DNA of 32,000 nucleotides from Candidatus Arthromitus sp. SFB-rat-Yit (lineage in GTDB: Bacteria > Bacillota > Clostridia > Clostridiales > Clostridiaceae): positions 660,001-692,000 of the forward strand of contig NC_016012.1 of assembly GCF_000283555.1 (NCBI RefSeq), in the 5' to 3' direction. A program made the position numbers and the translations under genes. Of the stretch, positions 19,101 through 26,974 are shown one piece after another; position 1 is the stretch's first letter; each line of letters starts with the position of its first letter. The notes under the pieces were generated by a model that was given only the letters and a program-made list of their open reading frames with translations, did no database searches and was not told the DNA's origin.

Positions 19101-19406
19101 ATTGTGAAATCTGAAAATTTAAATTTAGAAGCAACGAAAATATTTTTGAAAAATGCATTCCGCAATGGAGAGATTAAAACATACGGAACAGACATCAATA
19201 GTTTTATGCCATCTATGTCAAGATTGGATAGAAGTAGTGGAATGAGTCGTGCTGAAAAGAAACAGAGCATTATATACAAACTAAAAGAATTATTTGAAAG
19301 ATATTCTGGGATTTTAGGATTCAAGGAATTAGCAAGAGAATTAGATCAAACTAGTGAAGAAATTAAGGAGCCAGTTTTGGTAGGTACAGGTCAAAGTAAC
19401 GATTAG
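16191..19406 (+). CDS. hsdR: Type I restriction-modification system endonuclease/translocase subunit (R)
   Basis: ATG at 16191 after AGAAAGGGTGA; HsdR-like nuclease region VNGFPLVHVELKRRG, translocase motifs TTGSGKTLTSFK, VVDRKDLDYQT, IIFDECHRSQFG, FGFTGTP. Confidence 0.95.
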   Translation: MSFYNVVAETNENTVVYEYIPKKNRSEHYQSEAELEKEFINMLCEQGYEYLSIKTENDLKNNLREKLEELNKYKFSNSEWNSFFKSVIANPNEHIVEKTQKIQEDNIQVLKCDDGSSKNITLIDKKNIHNNSVQVINQYVIGKKDGAKYNNRYDVTILVNGFPLVHVELKRRGVAIKEAFNQINRYQSDSFWAGCGLYEYIQIFVISNGTHTKYYSNTTRFNSVKNSKQSAYRNKNKTSNSFEFTSFWADAKNKTIADLIHFTETFFAKHTILNILTKYCVFTSENILLVMRPYQITATEAIINKIKMSNSCKTYGSTAGGGYIWHTTGSGKTLTSFKTAREASNLNFIDKVLFVVDRKDLDYQTMKEYDRFEKGSANSNVTTKILARQLEDENSKIIITTIQKLSTFVKKNPDHKVYKKHVVIIFDECHRSQFGEMHTSITKKFSKYYLFGFTGTPVFSVNALKKSEACTTEYIFGDKLHAYTIVNAINDKNVLGFKVDYVRTMNMQHEDEIDDEMVNDIDREKLMMHPERIKGVTKYILNKFDLKTYRGHSKYSYFHDLFTNISEIVSKDHGVVEGIKEKQHIIGFNSIFAVASVNMAKLYYDEFKRQMGEDPKNKLRIATIFSFGANEEEYDGDLGDENPENASSLDKSSRDFLEEAIEDYNKMFHTNYDTSSEKFQNYYKDVSLRMKNKELDLLIVVNMFLTGFDATTLNTLWVDKNLKMHGLIQAFSRTNRIFNSVKSHGNIVCFRNLQKCVDDALVVFGDDDAKRVIILNSFKDYYYGYTDKDGKRIPGYLEMVEKLKENFPVSDPNIIGEKNQEEFVLLFGAILRMRNLLISFDEFAGKELITERDFQDYLGKYQDIRDEWNIKRDSGEKMDVGDDVVFEVEFIKEIEINIDYILMLVKKYHDTNCKDKEVIITINKAINASPELRSKRQLIESFIKTVDVTDDIFNEWDKYVISKYEEDVENIVKSENLNLEATKIFLKNAFRNGEIKTYGTDINSFMPSMSRLDRSSGMSRAEKKQSIIYKLKELFERYSGILGFKELARELDQTSEEIKEPVLVGTGQSND

Positions 19407-19431
19407 TTTAACATTAAATAAATTCATTTAG

Positions 19432-19462
19432 CACCCAACGTAAAGTTGGGTGTATTTTTTTG
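19432..19462 (+). terminator. Intrinsic terminator after hsdR
   Basis: CACCCAAC-GTAAA-GTTGGGTG then TATTTTTTTG. Confidence 0.88.
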
Positions 19463-19512
19463 TGAAATATCTCAAAAAACCAAAAATTATGTAAAAATAT
19501 GAAATTTTGATC

Positions 19513-19539
19513 TTGACGGACCTTTTTTTTTTTTATAAT
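19513..19539 (+). promoter_or_regulatory. Putative sigma-A-type promoter with T12 tract in the spacer
   Basis: TTGACG (19513-19518), 15-bp spacer, TATAAT (19534-19539); T12 at 19523-19534. Confidence 0.5.
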
Positions 19540-19617
19540 GTATGGGTCGTTATTTTCATGTATTAAATAAATGGTGTTTTAGATTTTGTTACATTAATTT
19601 TTAGGAGGATATTAATT

Positions 19618-20217
19618 ATGTTACGAAAAATATTATTGTCAATATGTGTTATCACTAGTGTTGGTATTGCAACCGTTTCATGTGCTACAAATAATAATAA
19701 AAATAGTACAAGCACTGTAAGTACTGTTCAAAATGATACAACTCAAGTACAAGAAGAACCTAAAAAAGAGGAGAAGAAGGAAATGACTTCAGCAGAGTTA
19801 GATGAAGCTCTAAATAATCAACCTGTTAAAATTATAAAAACGGAGTACATTTCTCAAGATAAAAAATTTTTACAGCCTGATCTTTTATCTGCAGTTTTTC
19901 AAAATGATAGTGGTACAGATATAAAGAATGCTGTTTTAGGATTTGTAGCTTGGGATGCTAATAATTTTCCTGTTAAAATAAAGAGTAAGTATGATTTTAC
20001 TGATGGAGAATATTTTAAACGAGTAAATTGTAATGATGTTAACCTAGTTAATGGAACATCTTATGGTGAAAATTCTGGATTATCTATAGATAATGATAAT
20101 ATAGCAAAATTTAAGCCAATAGTGATTTCTTATACTGATTTTGATGGTAATACTTGGGAAAATCCATTACTAGAGGAATTTAAAAAAATGTATGTTGACA
20201 AAAAGTTAGTTGAATAG
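19618..20217 (+). CDS. Small lipoprotein, paralogue of 2219-2803 (DUF5780-like)
   Basis: Signal peptide plus cysteine (ISVCVITSVGIATVSC-like, read as MLRKILLSICVITSVGIATVSC); low-complexity linker; shared C-terminal domain with 2219-2803. Confidence 0.8.
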   Translation: MLRKILLSICVITSVGIATVSCATNNNKNSTSTVSTVQNDTTQVQEEPKKEEKKEMTSAELDEALNNQPVKIIKTEYISQDKKFLQPDLLSAVFQNDSGTDIKNAVLGFVAWDANNFPVKIKSKYDFTDGEYFKRVNCNDVNLVNGTSYGENSGLSIDNDNIAKFKPIVISYTDFDGNTWENPLLEEFKKMYVDKKLVE

Positions 20218-20256
20218 ACAAAAATATATTGTTATTGAAGGAAAGGTTTATTAATA

Positions 20257-20598
20257 ATGAAGAGAAGTAAATTATTATTAGTGTCTGCTGTTTTTAGCAC
20301 ACTTTATCTAATTTATATTTTTAGTTATTTTCTCAATGGGTTAGCTTCATCATCAAGTGGAGCAGAAGTTGTAGGAGTAGGTATAGCAAGTTTTTTGGTT
20401 GCACCGCATGTTTTTATGGTTTTATTAGGCGTTTTATTTAATTGGATAGGATGGGGAATGAATAAACGATGGGCAGCTTTAGTATCGGGAATTTTGTATT
20501 CTGTATCCATTTTCTTTATGATTTTATACGGGATATTTGTAATTATCCAAGTAATTTTATGTTTCGTAGGATATGCCAAAATGGGAAAGAAAGGATAG
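20257..20598 (+). CDS. Small multi-pass membrane protein of unknown function
   Basis: ATG after GAAAGG; about four hydrophobic segments; short gap downstream of lipoprotein. Confidence 0.7.
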   Translation: MKRSKLLLVSAVFSTLYLIYIFSYFLNGLASSSSGAEVVGVGIASFLVAPHVFMVLLGVLFNWIGWGMNKRWAALVSGILYSVSIFFMILYGIFVIIQVILCFVGYAKMGKKG

Positions 20599-20625
20599 CT
20601 AATTAGCTGTCCTTTCTTGTTTTTT
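20590..20625 (+). terminator. Intrinsic terminator overlapping the stop codon of the membrane protein
   Basis: AAAGGATAGCTAATTAGCTGTCCTTT near-palindrome followed by CTTGTTTTTT. Confidence 0.7.
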
Positions 20626-20742
20626 AAGGGGGATTTAATTGTTCTTTGTCGTATGTCAATATTTTAATTTGAAGATAAATCAAGTATAATTTATTGCGTG
20701 ATAATGAATTTAATAGAAGATAGTTTGTAGTAAGGGAGATGT

Positions 20743-21180
20743 GTGATAGTGAGGCTTGTTGTAAAATATTTTGAAGAATTAACAACTATAGAGTTATATG
20801 AAATTTTGAAATCGAGAATGGAAATTTTTGTTGTAGAGCAGAAGTCTACACATCAAGATTTGGATGACAAAGATTATCAAAGTCTTCATATATTTTTCGA
20901 AGACAACAGAAGAGTAGTTGGATATGTTAGAGCTTTTTTTAAAGAAGATAATGTTGTGCAAATGGGTAGAGTATTGACTCTTTATCATGGTAAAGGTATT
21001 GGAAGGAAATTGTTAAAAGAAGGAATTGAACATATTAAAAATAAAATGAATCCTAAAGAAATTTATATAGATGCACAAAGTTATGCTGTAGGATTTTATG
21101 AACTTGTAGGTTTCGAGGTTTGTTCAGATGAATTTATACGAGATGGAATTCCACATATTGCGATGAATCTAAAATTATAA
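20743..21180 (+). CDS. GNAT family N-acetyltransferase (ElaA-like)
   Basis: YEILKSRMEIFVVEQKSTHQDLDDKD...GYVRAF...QMGRVLTLYHGKGIGRKLLKEGIEHIK...IYIDAQSYAVGFYELVGFEVCSDEFIRDGIPHIAMNL. Exact start (GTG 20743 or GTG 20749) uncertain. Confidence 0.88.
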   Translation: MIVRLVVKYFEELTTIELYEILKSRMEIFVVEQKSTHQDLDDKDYQSLHIFFEDNRRVVGYVRAFFKEDNVVQMGRVLTLYHGKGIGRKLLKEGIEHIKNKMNPKEIYIDAQSYAVGFYELVGFEVCSDEFIRDGIPHIAMNLKL

Positions 21181-21208
21181 GATATTATTAATTTTGGGGG
21201 ATGTGAAG

Positions 21209-23236
21209 ATGTTAGTATGTAATCTCAACGAACGGTGCAAAAAAATTATGCGTCTTCTTTTGTGGGAAAATGATTATGTTTCTCTTCAAAAAATTGCAGA
21301 TATTACTGGGGTATCTAGACGAAGTATCTATTATGATTTATGTAATATTAATGAATGGTTGGAGGAACGAGGAATAAAAGAGCTTGAGGTTGAACGTGGA
21401 AAGGGAATTCTGCTTTCTCAAGAGGATAAATTTAAAATTAAAGAATCGTTGGAAGAAAAAATATCGGAAAAATATTATGTGTTTTTACCTTCAGAGAGAG
21501 TTGAAATTATCATTTGTTATATTGTACATAGTAGGAAACCTGTTTATATTAATCATATTATGGATGTTTGTAAAGTTAGTCGTAATACTGTGTTTGGTGA
21601 TATGAAGATTGCTATCCAAAAACTCCGCAAATATGAATTAGATTTAAAATATGAATCTAAGAAAGGATATGAGGTTGTTGGAGATGCTGTTAGGAAATGT
21701 GCTTTGTTTTTCTTGTATTTCAATAAGTTAAGAGCGTTGTTCAACGAAGGAGTTTTAAATTTTTTTGATAGAGAGAAGATATACAAAAATTATGAATGTT
21801 TGAATTTGTTAAAGAATGAATTGAAGATTGAATATATGGAAGGAGATTTATTATCCTTAGCTGCTTTAATGCCCGTTATGCATAACTATAGGGAGAAATT
21901 GCATTTTAGTGGATTGAAAAAAGAGGAAATTTTTAGAATTAAAGAATTTCAATTAGTTGAAAAATATTTTGATGAGCTTGAGGAGAATGAAAAGATATAT
22001 TTGTGTCTTCATCTTCTTGCTTCACGTGTATCTGTAGCGACGGACAAATTCTTTGAAGATAGGGCTGATCAATCAGTTTATGGAATTACAAAAGCCCTTG
22101 TGACAGAATTTGAGAAAACTGCGTGTGTGAATTTTGAAGATAAAGAAGAATTAGAGCGAGCATTATTTGTTCATATCAAAACGTCGATGTATCGATATAA
22201 ATATGGAATACAAATAGGGAATCCATTTGGCAATGATATTATTAGAGAATATCCGAACTTGTTTGATATTACAAGAAAAGTATCCCGTTATTTGGAGCAA
22301 ATTATTGGTTTGCCGATACCAGATAGTGAAGTTGCGTATCTATCGTTGCACTTTGGTGCGTATTTAAAAGTTTGCAAATATCAGGGAAATAAACTTAGAA
22401 TATTAATTGTGTGTGTAAATGGGATTTCAACAGGAAACATGATAAAGCGTGAAGTGCTGAAATTACTTTCAGATATAGAAATCGTTGGTGTTGTTTCGGC
22501 GGTAGACATAATTAATGCTCAAGATATTTGTGATCTTATAATTTCAACAGTTAACATCAAAACCATAGTACCCGTTATCGTGGTTAACCCTATACTTATG
22601 GATGAAGATAGAGAATACATATTGAATCATCATATGGTGCATGGAGTTCAGAAAAATAAAATTTCCAATCTGCTGTTTAATACGATAAAAAAATATGTCG
22701 ATAAATCACAATACAAAAATTTGCAAAAAGATATTGTTCAGTGTTTGCAAGGTCATTCAAAAAATCTTGATATTTCTGTATCGGAAAAAGAAAATGGAAT
22801 ATTGGAATGTTTAAGTTTATCAAAAATTATGATAAGTGATGAAAGTTTGGTTTTGCAAGATAGTGTTTATCTTGCAGGCGAATGTCTTGTTGAGAATGGA
22901 AGTATAGAGAAAAGATATCTTGATGTTATTAATTTTCAAACGATGTATTATGGATCATATATGTTTATAACTGATAGGATCATGCTTGCACATGCAAAAC
23001 CTGAAGATGGTGTGAACAAAATGGATATTTCTATGGCTGTGTTTAAAAATCCGATTTTGTTTAGAGAGGGAAAACGAGCTGAAATTATATTTGTTTTAGC
23101 TGCAGTAGATCATGAAAGACATTTGAAAATTTTGAATGATATTTTCAAAATTGCTGAGGATAAAGATATAATTGAAAGATTTGTTAATGCGAATACTAAA
23201 ATGGAAATCTTTGAAATTTTAAATGAAATATTATAA
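21209..23236 (+). CDS. PRD-containing transcriptional regulator/antiterminator with HTH, PRD, EIIB-like and C-terminal EIIA domains (BglG/MtlR-type)
   Basis: N-terminal HTH YVSLQKIADITGVSRRSIYYDLCNINEWLEERGIKELEVERGKGILL; PRD histidines in YLCLHLLASRVSV and YLSLHFGAYL; LRILIVCVNGISTGNMIKREV; C-terminal AHAKPEDGVNKMDISMAVF. Confidence 0.9.
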   Translation: MLVCNLNERCKKIMRLLLWENDYVSLQKIADITGVSRRSIYYDLCNINEWLEERGIKELEVERGKGILLSQEDKFKIKESLEEKISEKYYVFLPSERVEIIICYIVHSRKPVYINHIMDVCKVSRNTVFGDMKIAIQKLRKYELDLKYESKKGYEVVGDAVRKCALFFLYFNKLRALFNEGVLNFFDREKIYKNYECLNLLKNELKIEYMEGDLLSLAALMPVMHNYREKLHFSGLKKEEIFRIKEFQLVEKYFDELEENEKIYLCLHLLASRVSVATDKFFEDRADQSVYGITKALVTEFEKTACVNFEDKEELERALFVHIKTSMYRYKYGIQIGNPFGNDIIREYPNLFDITRKVSRYLEQIIGLPIPDSEVAYLSLHFGAYLKVCKYQGNKLRILIVCVNGISTGNMIKREVLKLLSDIEIVGVVSAVDIINAQDICDLIISTVNIKTIVPVIVVNPILMDEDREYILNHHMVHGVQKNKISNLLFNTIKKYVDKSQYKNLQKDIVQCLQGHSKNLDISVSEKENGILECLSLSKIMISDESLVLQDSVYLAGECLVENGSIEKRYLDVINFQTMYYGSYMFITDRIMLAHAKPEDGVNKMDISMAVFKNPILFREGKRAEIIFVLAAVDHERHLKILNDIFKIAEDKDIIERFVNANTKMEIFEILNEIL

Positions 23237-23266
23237 AGACATCGACTCTTTGTTGGTGTCTTTTTT
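23235..23266 (+). terminator. Intrinsic terminator between regulator and PTS genes
   Basis: AAAGACATC/GGTGTCTTT stem followed by TTT/T-rich tail. Confidence 0.75.
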
Positions 23267-23377
23267 ATTTAGTGAGTATTGTTTATTGCACATTTATACG
23301 ATTACATTTGGACTTCTAGTTTATGCATGGAAGTATTATGATTTTGATATAGGAGAACAGAAAGGAGATGGTCAAGC

Positions 23378-23806
23378 ATGGATTTGCTAGATAAAAAAAA
23401 TGTAAGATTAATAGATGGTGCTAGCGACTGGAGAGAAGCCATTAGAATTTCGGTAATGCCACTTGAAGAAGGAGGATATGTAGAGCCTAGGTATAAAGAG
23501 GCAATTATCTCAGGAGTTGAGAAACTTGGGAGTTACATTATAATAGCACCTTCTATTGCTTTACCACATGCAAGACCAGAAGATGGTGTGCTTAAAAGTC
23601 AAATTGCAATCACTTTATTTAAAAACGAAATAAAGTTTGACAAAGAAAATGCTGTGGCACGATTATTTTTGACATTGGCAGCTGTGGATTCTAGCGGTCA
23701 TCTAAATGCACTAATGAAAATTTCTGAAATTCTACAGGACAAAGAAAAAGTTAATAATATCTTAAAATCAGATAATGTAGAAACGTTATATGGTTATTTT
23801 AATTAA
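23378..23806 (+). CDS. PTS system EIIA component (ascorbate/fructose-mannitol type)
   Basis: APSIALPHARPEDGVLKSQIAITLF; LAAVDSSGHLNALMKISEIL; good SD AAAGGAG. Confidence 0.9.
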   Translation: MDLLDKKNVRLIDGASDWREAIRISVMPLEEGGYVEPRYKEAIISGVEKLGSYIIIAPSIALPHARPEDGVLKSQIAITLFKNEIKFDKENAVARLFLTLAAVDSSGHLNALMKISEILQDKEKVNNILKSDNVETLYGYFN

Positions 23807-23823
23807 GGAAGGAGAAAAAGAGA

Positions 23824-25209
23824 ATGCGTGAAATTTTGAATATTATTCAACAAATTTTATCTACACCTGCAATTTTTGTAGGGATTATAGCGATGATTGG
23901 ATTATTGTTACAAAAGAAGGATGCACAATCTATTATTAAAGGGACAATTAAGACAATTTTGGGATTCCTTGTATTGAATGCTGGAGCCTCTGTTGTCCAG
24001 TCAGCAATTATTCCATTTGGTGATTTATTTCAATTAGCTTTTGGAATACAAGGAGTTGTTCCAAATAATGAAGCAATAACTTCTCTTGGATTAAATGAAT
24101 TTGCAGTTGAAACTTCAGCTATATTTGCATTAGGTATGTGTGCAAATATTGTAATGGCACGATTCTCAAGATGGAAATATATTTTCCTTACAGGACACCA
24201 TTCATTATATATGGCTTGTTTGATTGCGATCATTTTATCAATTGCAGGATTAAGTGGATGGCAATTGATTGTAGGAGGAGCATTACTTTTAGGATTTGTT
24301 ATGGCTCTGTTTCCAGCAATCATGCAACCAATTATGAGGAAAATTACTGGAGATGATTCGCTTGCTTTTGGCCACTTTGGAAGTAGTTGTTATTGGTTAA
24401 GTGGACAAATTGGAAAATTATGCAATAAAAACAACAAAGGTCGTACAACAGAAGATGTAAAATTTCCTAAAGGATTATCTTTCCTTAGGGATAATATGGT
24501 ATCAATTGCTATTGTGATGTTTTTCTGTTATATAGTTGTAGCTGGAGTAGCGAATTTCGGACATAATAGTCAAGCAGCATCTATTTTTGGTGAAAGCAAT
24601 TGGATTCTATATTCTATAATAAATTCAATAACGTTTTCTGGAGGTATTTATATCGTATTATCTGGTGTGCGTATGTTAATCGGAGAAATATTACCTGCTT
24701 TTAAAGGTATTTCAGAGAAACTTGTACCAAATGCAAAACCAGCATTAGATTGTCCAACAATTTTCCCATATGCACCTAATGCTGTATTGATTGGATTTTT
24801 ATGTTCCTTTGTAGGAGGAATTATTGGGTTAATAGTTTTAGCACTTATGGGTAAAGCTGGCATAGCTGTAGCGATTATTTTACCAGGAGCAGTAGTTCAC
24901 TTTTTCTGTGGTGCAACTGCTGGTGTTTGTGGAAATGCCACAGGAGGATTGAAAGGTTGTATTATCGGATCATTAATTCATGGTATTGCAGTAACATTCT
25001 TATCTGCAGCATTACTTCCTGTACTTGGTTCACTTGGTTTTGCTAATACAACGTTTTCTGATGCGGACTTTACAGTTGTTGGTATTTTATTTGGTAATTT
25101 ATCTAAATTTGTTACAGGCAATGGATTATTTGCAGTGATTTTAGTATTATTTTTAGCACCAATTGTTTATAATTTTGTATCTAAAAAGAATCAAAAAGAA
25201 TTAAATTAA
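23824..25209 (+). CDS. PTS ascorbate-type (UlaA/SgaT family) EIIC transporter
   Basis: 461 aa, multi-pass; QQILSTPAIFVGIIAMIGLLLQKK, FTGHHSLYMACLIAI, GDDSLAFGHFGSSCYWLSGQIGKL, FFCGATAGVCGNATGGLKGCIIGSLIHGI. Confidence 0.92.
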   Translation: MREILNIIQQILSTPAIFVGIIAMIGLLLQKKDAQSIIKGTIKTILGFLVLNAGASVVQSAIIPFGDLFQLAFGIQGVVPNNEAITSLGLNEFAVETSAIFALGMCANIVMARFSRWKYIFLTGHHSLYMACLIAIILSIAGLSGWQLIVGGALLLGFVMALFPAIMQPIMRKITGDDSLAFGHFGSSCYWLSGQIGKLCNKNNKGRTTEDVKFPKGLSFLRDNMVSIAIVMFFCYIVVAGVANFGHNSQAASIFGESNWILYSIINSITFSGGIYIVLSGVRMLIGEILPAFKGISEKLVPNAKPALDCPTIFPYAPNAVLIGFLCSFVGGIIGLIVLALMGKAGIAVAIILPGAVVHFFCGATAGVCGNATGGLKGCIIGSLIHGIAVTFLSAALLPVLGSLGFANTTFSDADFTVVGILFGNLSKFVTGNGLFAVILVLFLAPIVYNFVSKKNQKELN

Positions 25210-25245
25210 AGAATATATAAAAAAGAATTAAAAGGAGAATTTATT

Positions 25246-25527
25246 ATGGCAGAGATTAAAAAAATATTATGTGTTTGTGGTTCAGGTCTTGGATCATCAT
25301 TTTTAATGGAGATGAATGCAAAAAAAGCTTTAACTAGTCTTGGGATTGCAGATGTTGAAGTTGATCATACTACAATTGGGGATATTACTCAAGGATCAGC
25401 TGATTTGTTTATTTGCGGGTCTGATTTACTTCCTAACGCTGAAAAATTTGGAAGAGCAATTGGAATGAATAATATAGTTTCTATGGATGAAATGACAGAA
25501 AAACTTAAAGAAGCTTTTGGACTATAA
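25246..25527 (+). CDS. PTS EIIB component (lactose/ascorbate-type)
   Basis: KKILCVCGSGLGSSFLMEMNAKKAL; 93 aa, immediately downstream of EIIC. Confidence 0.92.
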   Translation: MAEIKKILCVCGSGLGSSFLMEMNAKKALTSLGIADVEVDHTTIGDITQGSADLFICGSDLLPNAEKFGRAIGMNNIVSMDEMTEKLKEAFGL

Positions 25528-25528
25528 A

Positions 25529-25566
25529 AGAAGCTAGCTTTATGCTAGCTTCTTACTCTTTTTTAA
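25529..25566 (+). terminator. Intrinsic terminator after EIIB, overlapping the 3' end of the convergent methyltransferase ORF
   Basis: AGAAGCTAGC-TTTAT-GCTAGCTTCT followed by TACTCTTTTTT. Confidence 0.85.
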
Positions 25567-26874
25567 TATCATTTCCATTGAGCCATTGTAGTTTATACTT
25601 ATACGATAATCTAATATTTCGAATCCTAAATTTTTAACAATATTTTCCAAGCCTACTTTAGAAAAATAAGTTAAGTGATAAGGTTCGTTCCACATAGCCA
25701 CATTTATTTTATGAAGTTTATTGAAAGCACTCTCATAATTTGGAGTTGAGATCCATAACACTCCATTGTTATTTAATAATGAATGAGCTTTTTTAAGCCC
25801 ATATATTGGATTCGATAAATGTTCAATAACATCTCCCATCGTTATAATGTCATATGTTTTATCCGTTTTAAAATTTAAGAAGTCACAACAAATTATATCA
25901 TGATCTAACATATTTGAAATTTCACAAGCAACACTCTCATCTATTTCTATACAATCTATTGAATAACCAAATTCTAAAGCCGTAGCAATTAAAGCCCCTT
26001 TACCTATTCCAACTTCAAGGATATTAGTTCCGCTGGAATGTTTAGTTAGATTGTTTAATATGTCGCACCAATTTCTTAAGTTATGAGTGTTAATATCTGT
26101 AAAATTTGACGGGGGGGGGGTAGTTGATTTCCTAATTACTTTAATTGAAGGATTGTCACTCATAAATTTATGAGGGAAATATTTTGAATATAGGTTTTCA
26201 CATAAATTGCATTTCATCCATAATTTGCTTGGCAAAAAATCATCATTAAAGTTAATCATGTTATAGCATGGGGAATTATGAAAAGGCTCTCCTTGTCCAT
26301 TGCAAATCGGACAAGCATTTAATGAGAGTTGGTTAGATAATGTTGATTCACTAAAAACATAATTTTTAAGATGATTAAGCCCTAAAAATTTACCCAAATC
26401 ATTTTTAATTTTAAAGGCTTCCATAATCAAATCAAAAGATATTGAAGGAAATGATGTTCTACATAATTTTGATATAAAAATTAATACTAGGGAGAGTGCT
26501 GAATCACTTAAATTAAACTTGTCCCTAATTTTTAACATTAAATCTAATTGGTCTTTAGTCAGCTGAGGATAAACATTTTTATAATCTATGTAAAATGATT
26601 TCAGTTTTTCAATGACTTCATTTATTGAACACGATAACAAAATTTGTTTGTATTTAATCATCACTTGTTTATTGTTTGGATTTGTGATTAAATCATTTTT
26701 AATGGTTTCAAGTTCAACGGGTATTTGGTTTGCAAAATTAGCTAAGTGATTAAAAGTTTCTATAAAAATATCATTATTGTTTTGATGAACATCATTTAAG
26801 CTTAAAGTGTTAGTGTAATCGATAAATTTATATAGTGTAGATAAAAAGTCAGTTAATAGTTTTGTATGTGTCAT
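25540..26874 (-). CDS. Class I SAM-dependent methyltransferase (UbiG/type-12-like) fused to N-terminal region with a CxxC...CxxC cluster
   Basis: C-terminal NILEVGIGKGALIATALEFGYSIDCIEIDES...YDIITMGDVIEHLSNPIYGLKKAHSLLNNNGVLWISTPNY; CPICNGQGEPF...WMKCNLCENLYSKY upstream in protein. Confidence 0.88.
   Translation of the reverse strand: MTHTKLLTDFLSTLYKFIDYTNTLSLNDVHQNNNDIFIETFNHLANFANQIPVELETIKNDLITNPNNKQVMIKYKQILLSCSINEVIEKLKSFYIDYKNVYPQLTKDQLDLMLKIRDKFNLSDSALSLVLIFISKLCRTSFPSISFDLIMEAFKIKNDLGKFLGLNHLKNYVFSESTLSNQLSLNACPICNGQGEPFHNSPCYNMINFNDDFLPSKLWMKCNLCENLYSKYFPHKFMSDNPSIKVIRKSTTPPPSNFTDINTHNLRNWCDILNNLTKHSSGTNILEVGIGKGALIATALEFGYSIDCIEIDESVACEISNMLDHDIICCDFLNFKTDKTYDIITMGDVIEHLSNPIYGLKKAHSLLNNNGVLWISTPNYESAFNKLHKINVAMWNEPYHLTYFSKVGLENIVKNLGFEILDYRISINYNGSMEMILKKSKKLA
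26111..26120 (-). repeat. C10 homopolymer (G10 on + strand) inside methyltransferase coding sequence
   Basis: + strand TTTGAC-GGGGGGGGGG-TAGTTG; on the coding strand ACT ACC CCC CCC CCG TCA (TTPPPS). Confidence 0.97.
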
Positions 26875-26940
26875 AAATAAAACTCCTTAAATTTTTATAC
26901 AGCTTGAAATGCTTTATAGTTGAGATTATAGCACTGTATC

Positions 26941-26974
26941 AAAAAAAGTGGAACTTTTATTAAGTTCCACTTTT
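26941..26974 (-). terminator. Intrinsic terminator after cls-like gene
   Basis: Perfect 11-bp inverted repeat AAAAGTGGAAC/GTTCCACTTTT followed on the minus strand by a T-run. Confidence 0.8.

Noticed and set aside
16191-19406. Checked hsdR for frameshifts, because several short antisense ORFs cluster within it
   Set aside because: The R subunit frame is continuous for about 1071 aa with all expected motifs; no disruption is visible.
2804-19617. Search for an integrase, transposase, tRNA or att-like ends that would make the defence block a defined mobile element
   Set aside because: None could be recognised in the sequence, so no mobile element is called; only the lipoprotein paralogy is reported.
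24030-24863. Antisense and alternate-frame ORFs (97, 72 and 71 aa) within the PTS EIIC gene
   Set aside because: Overlap a coherent 461-aa transporter and show no family signal or independent RBS.
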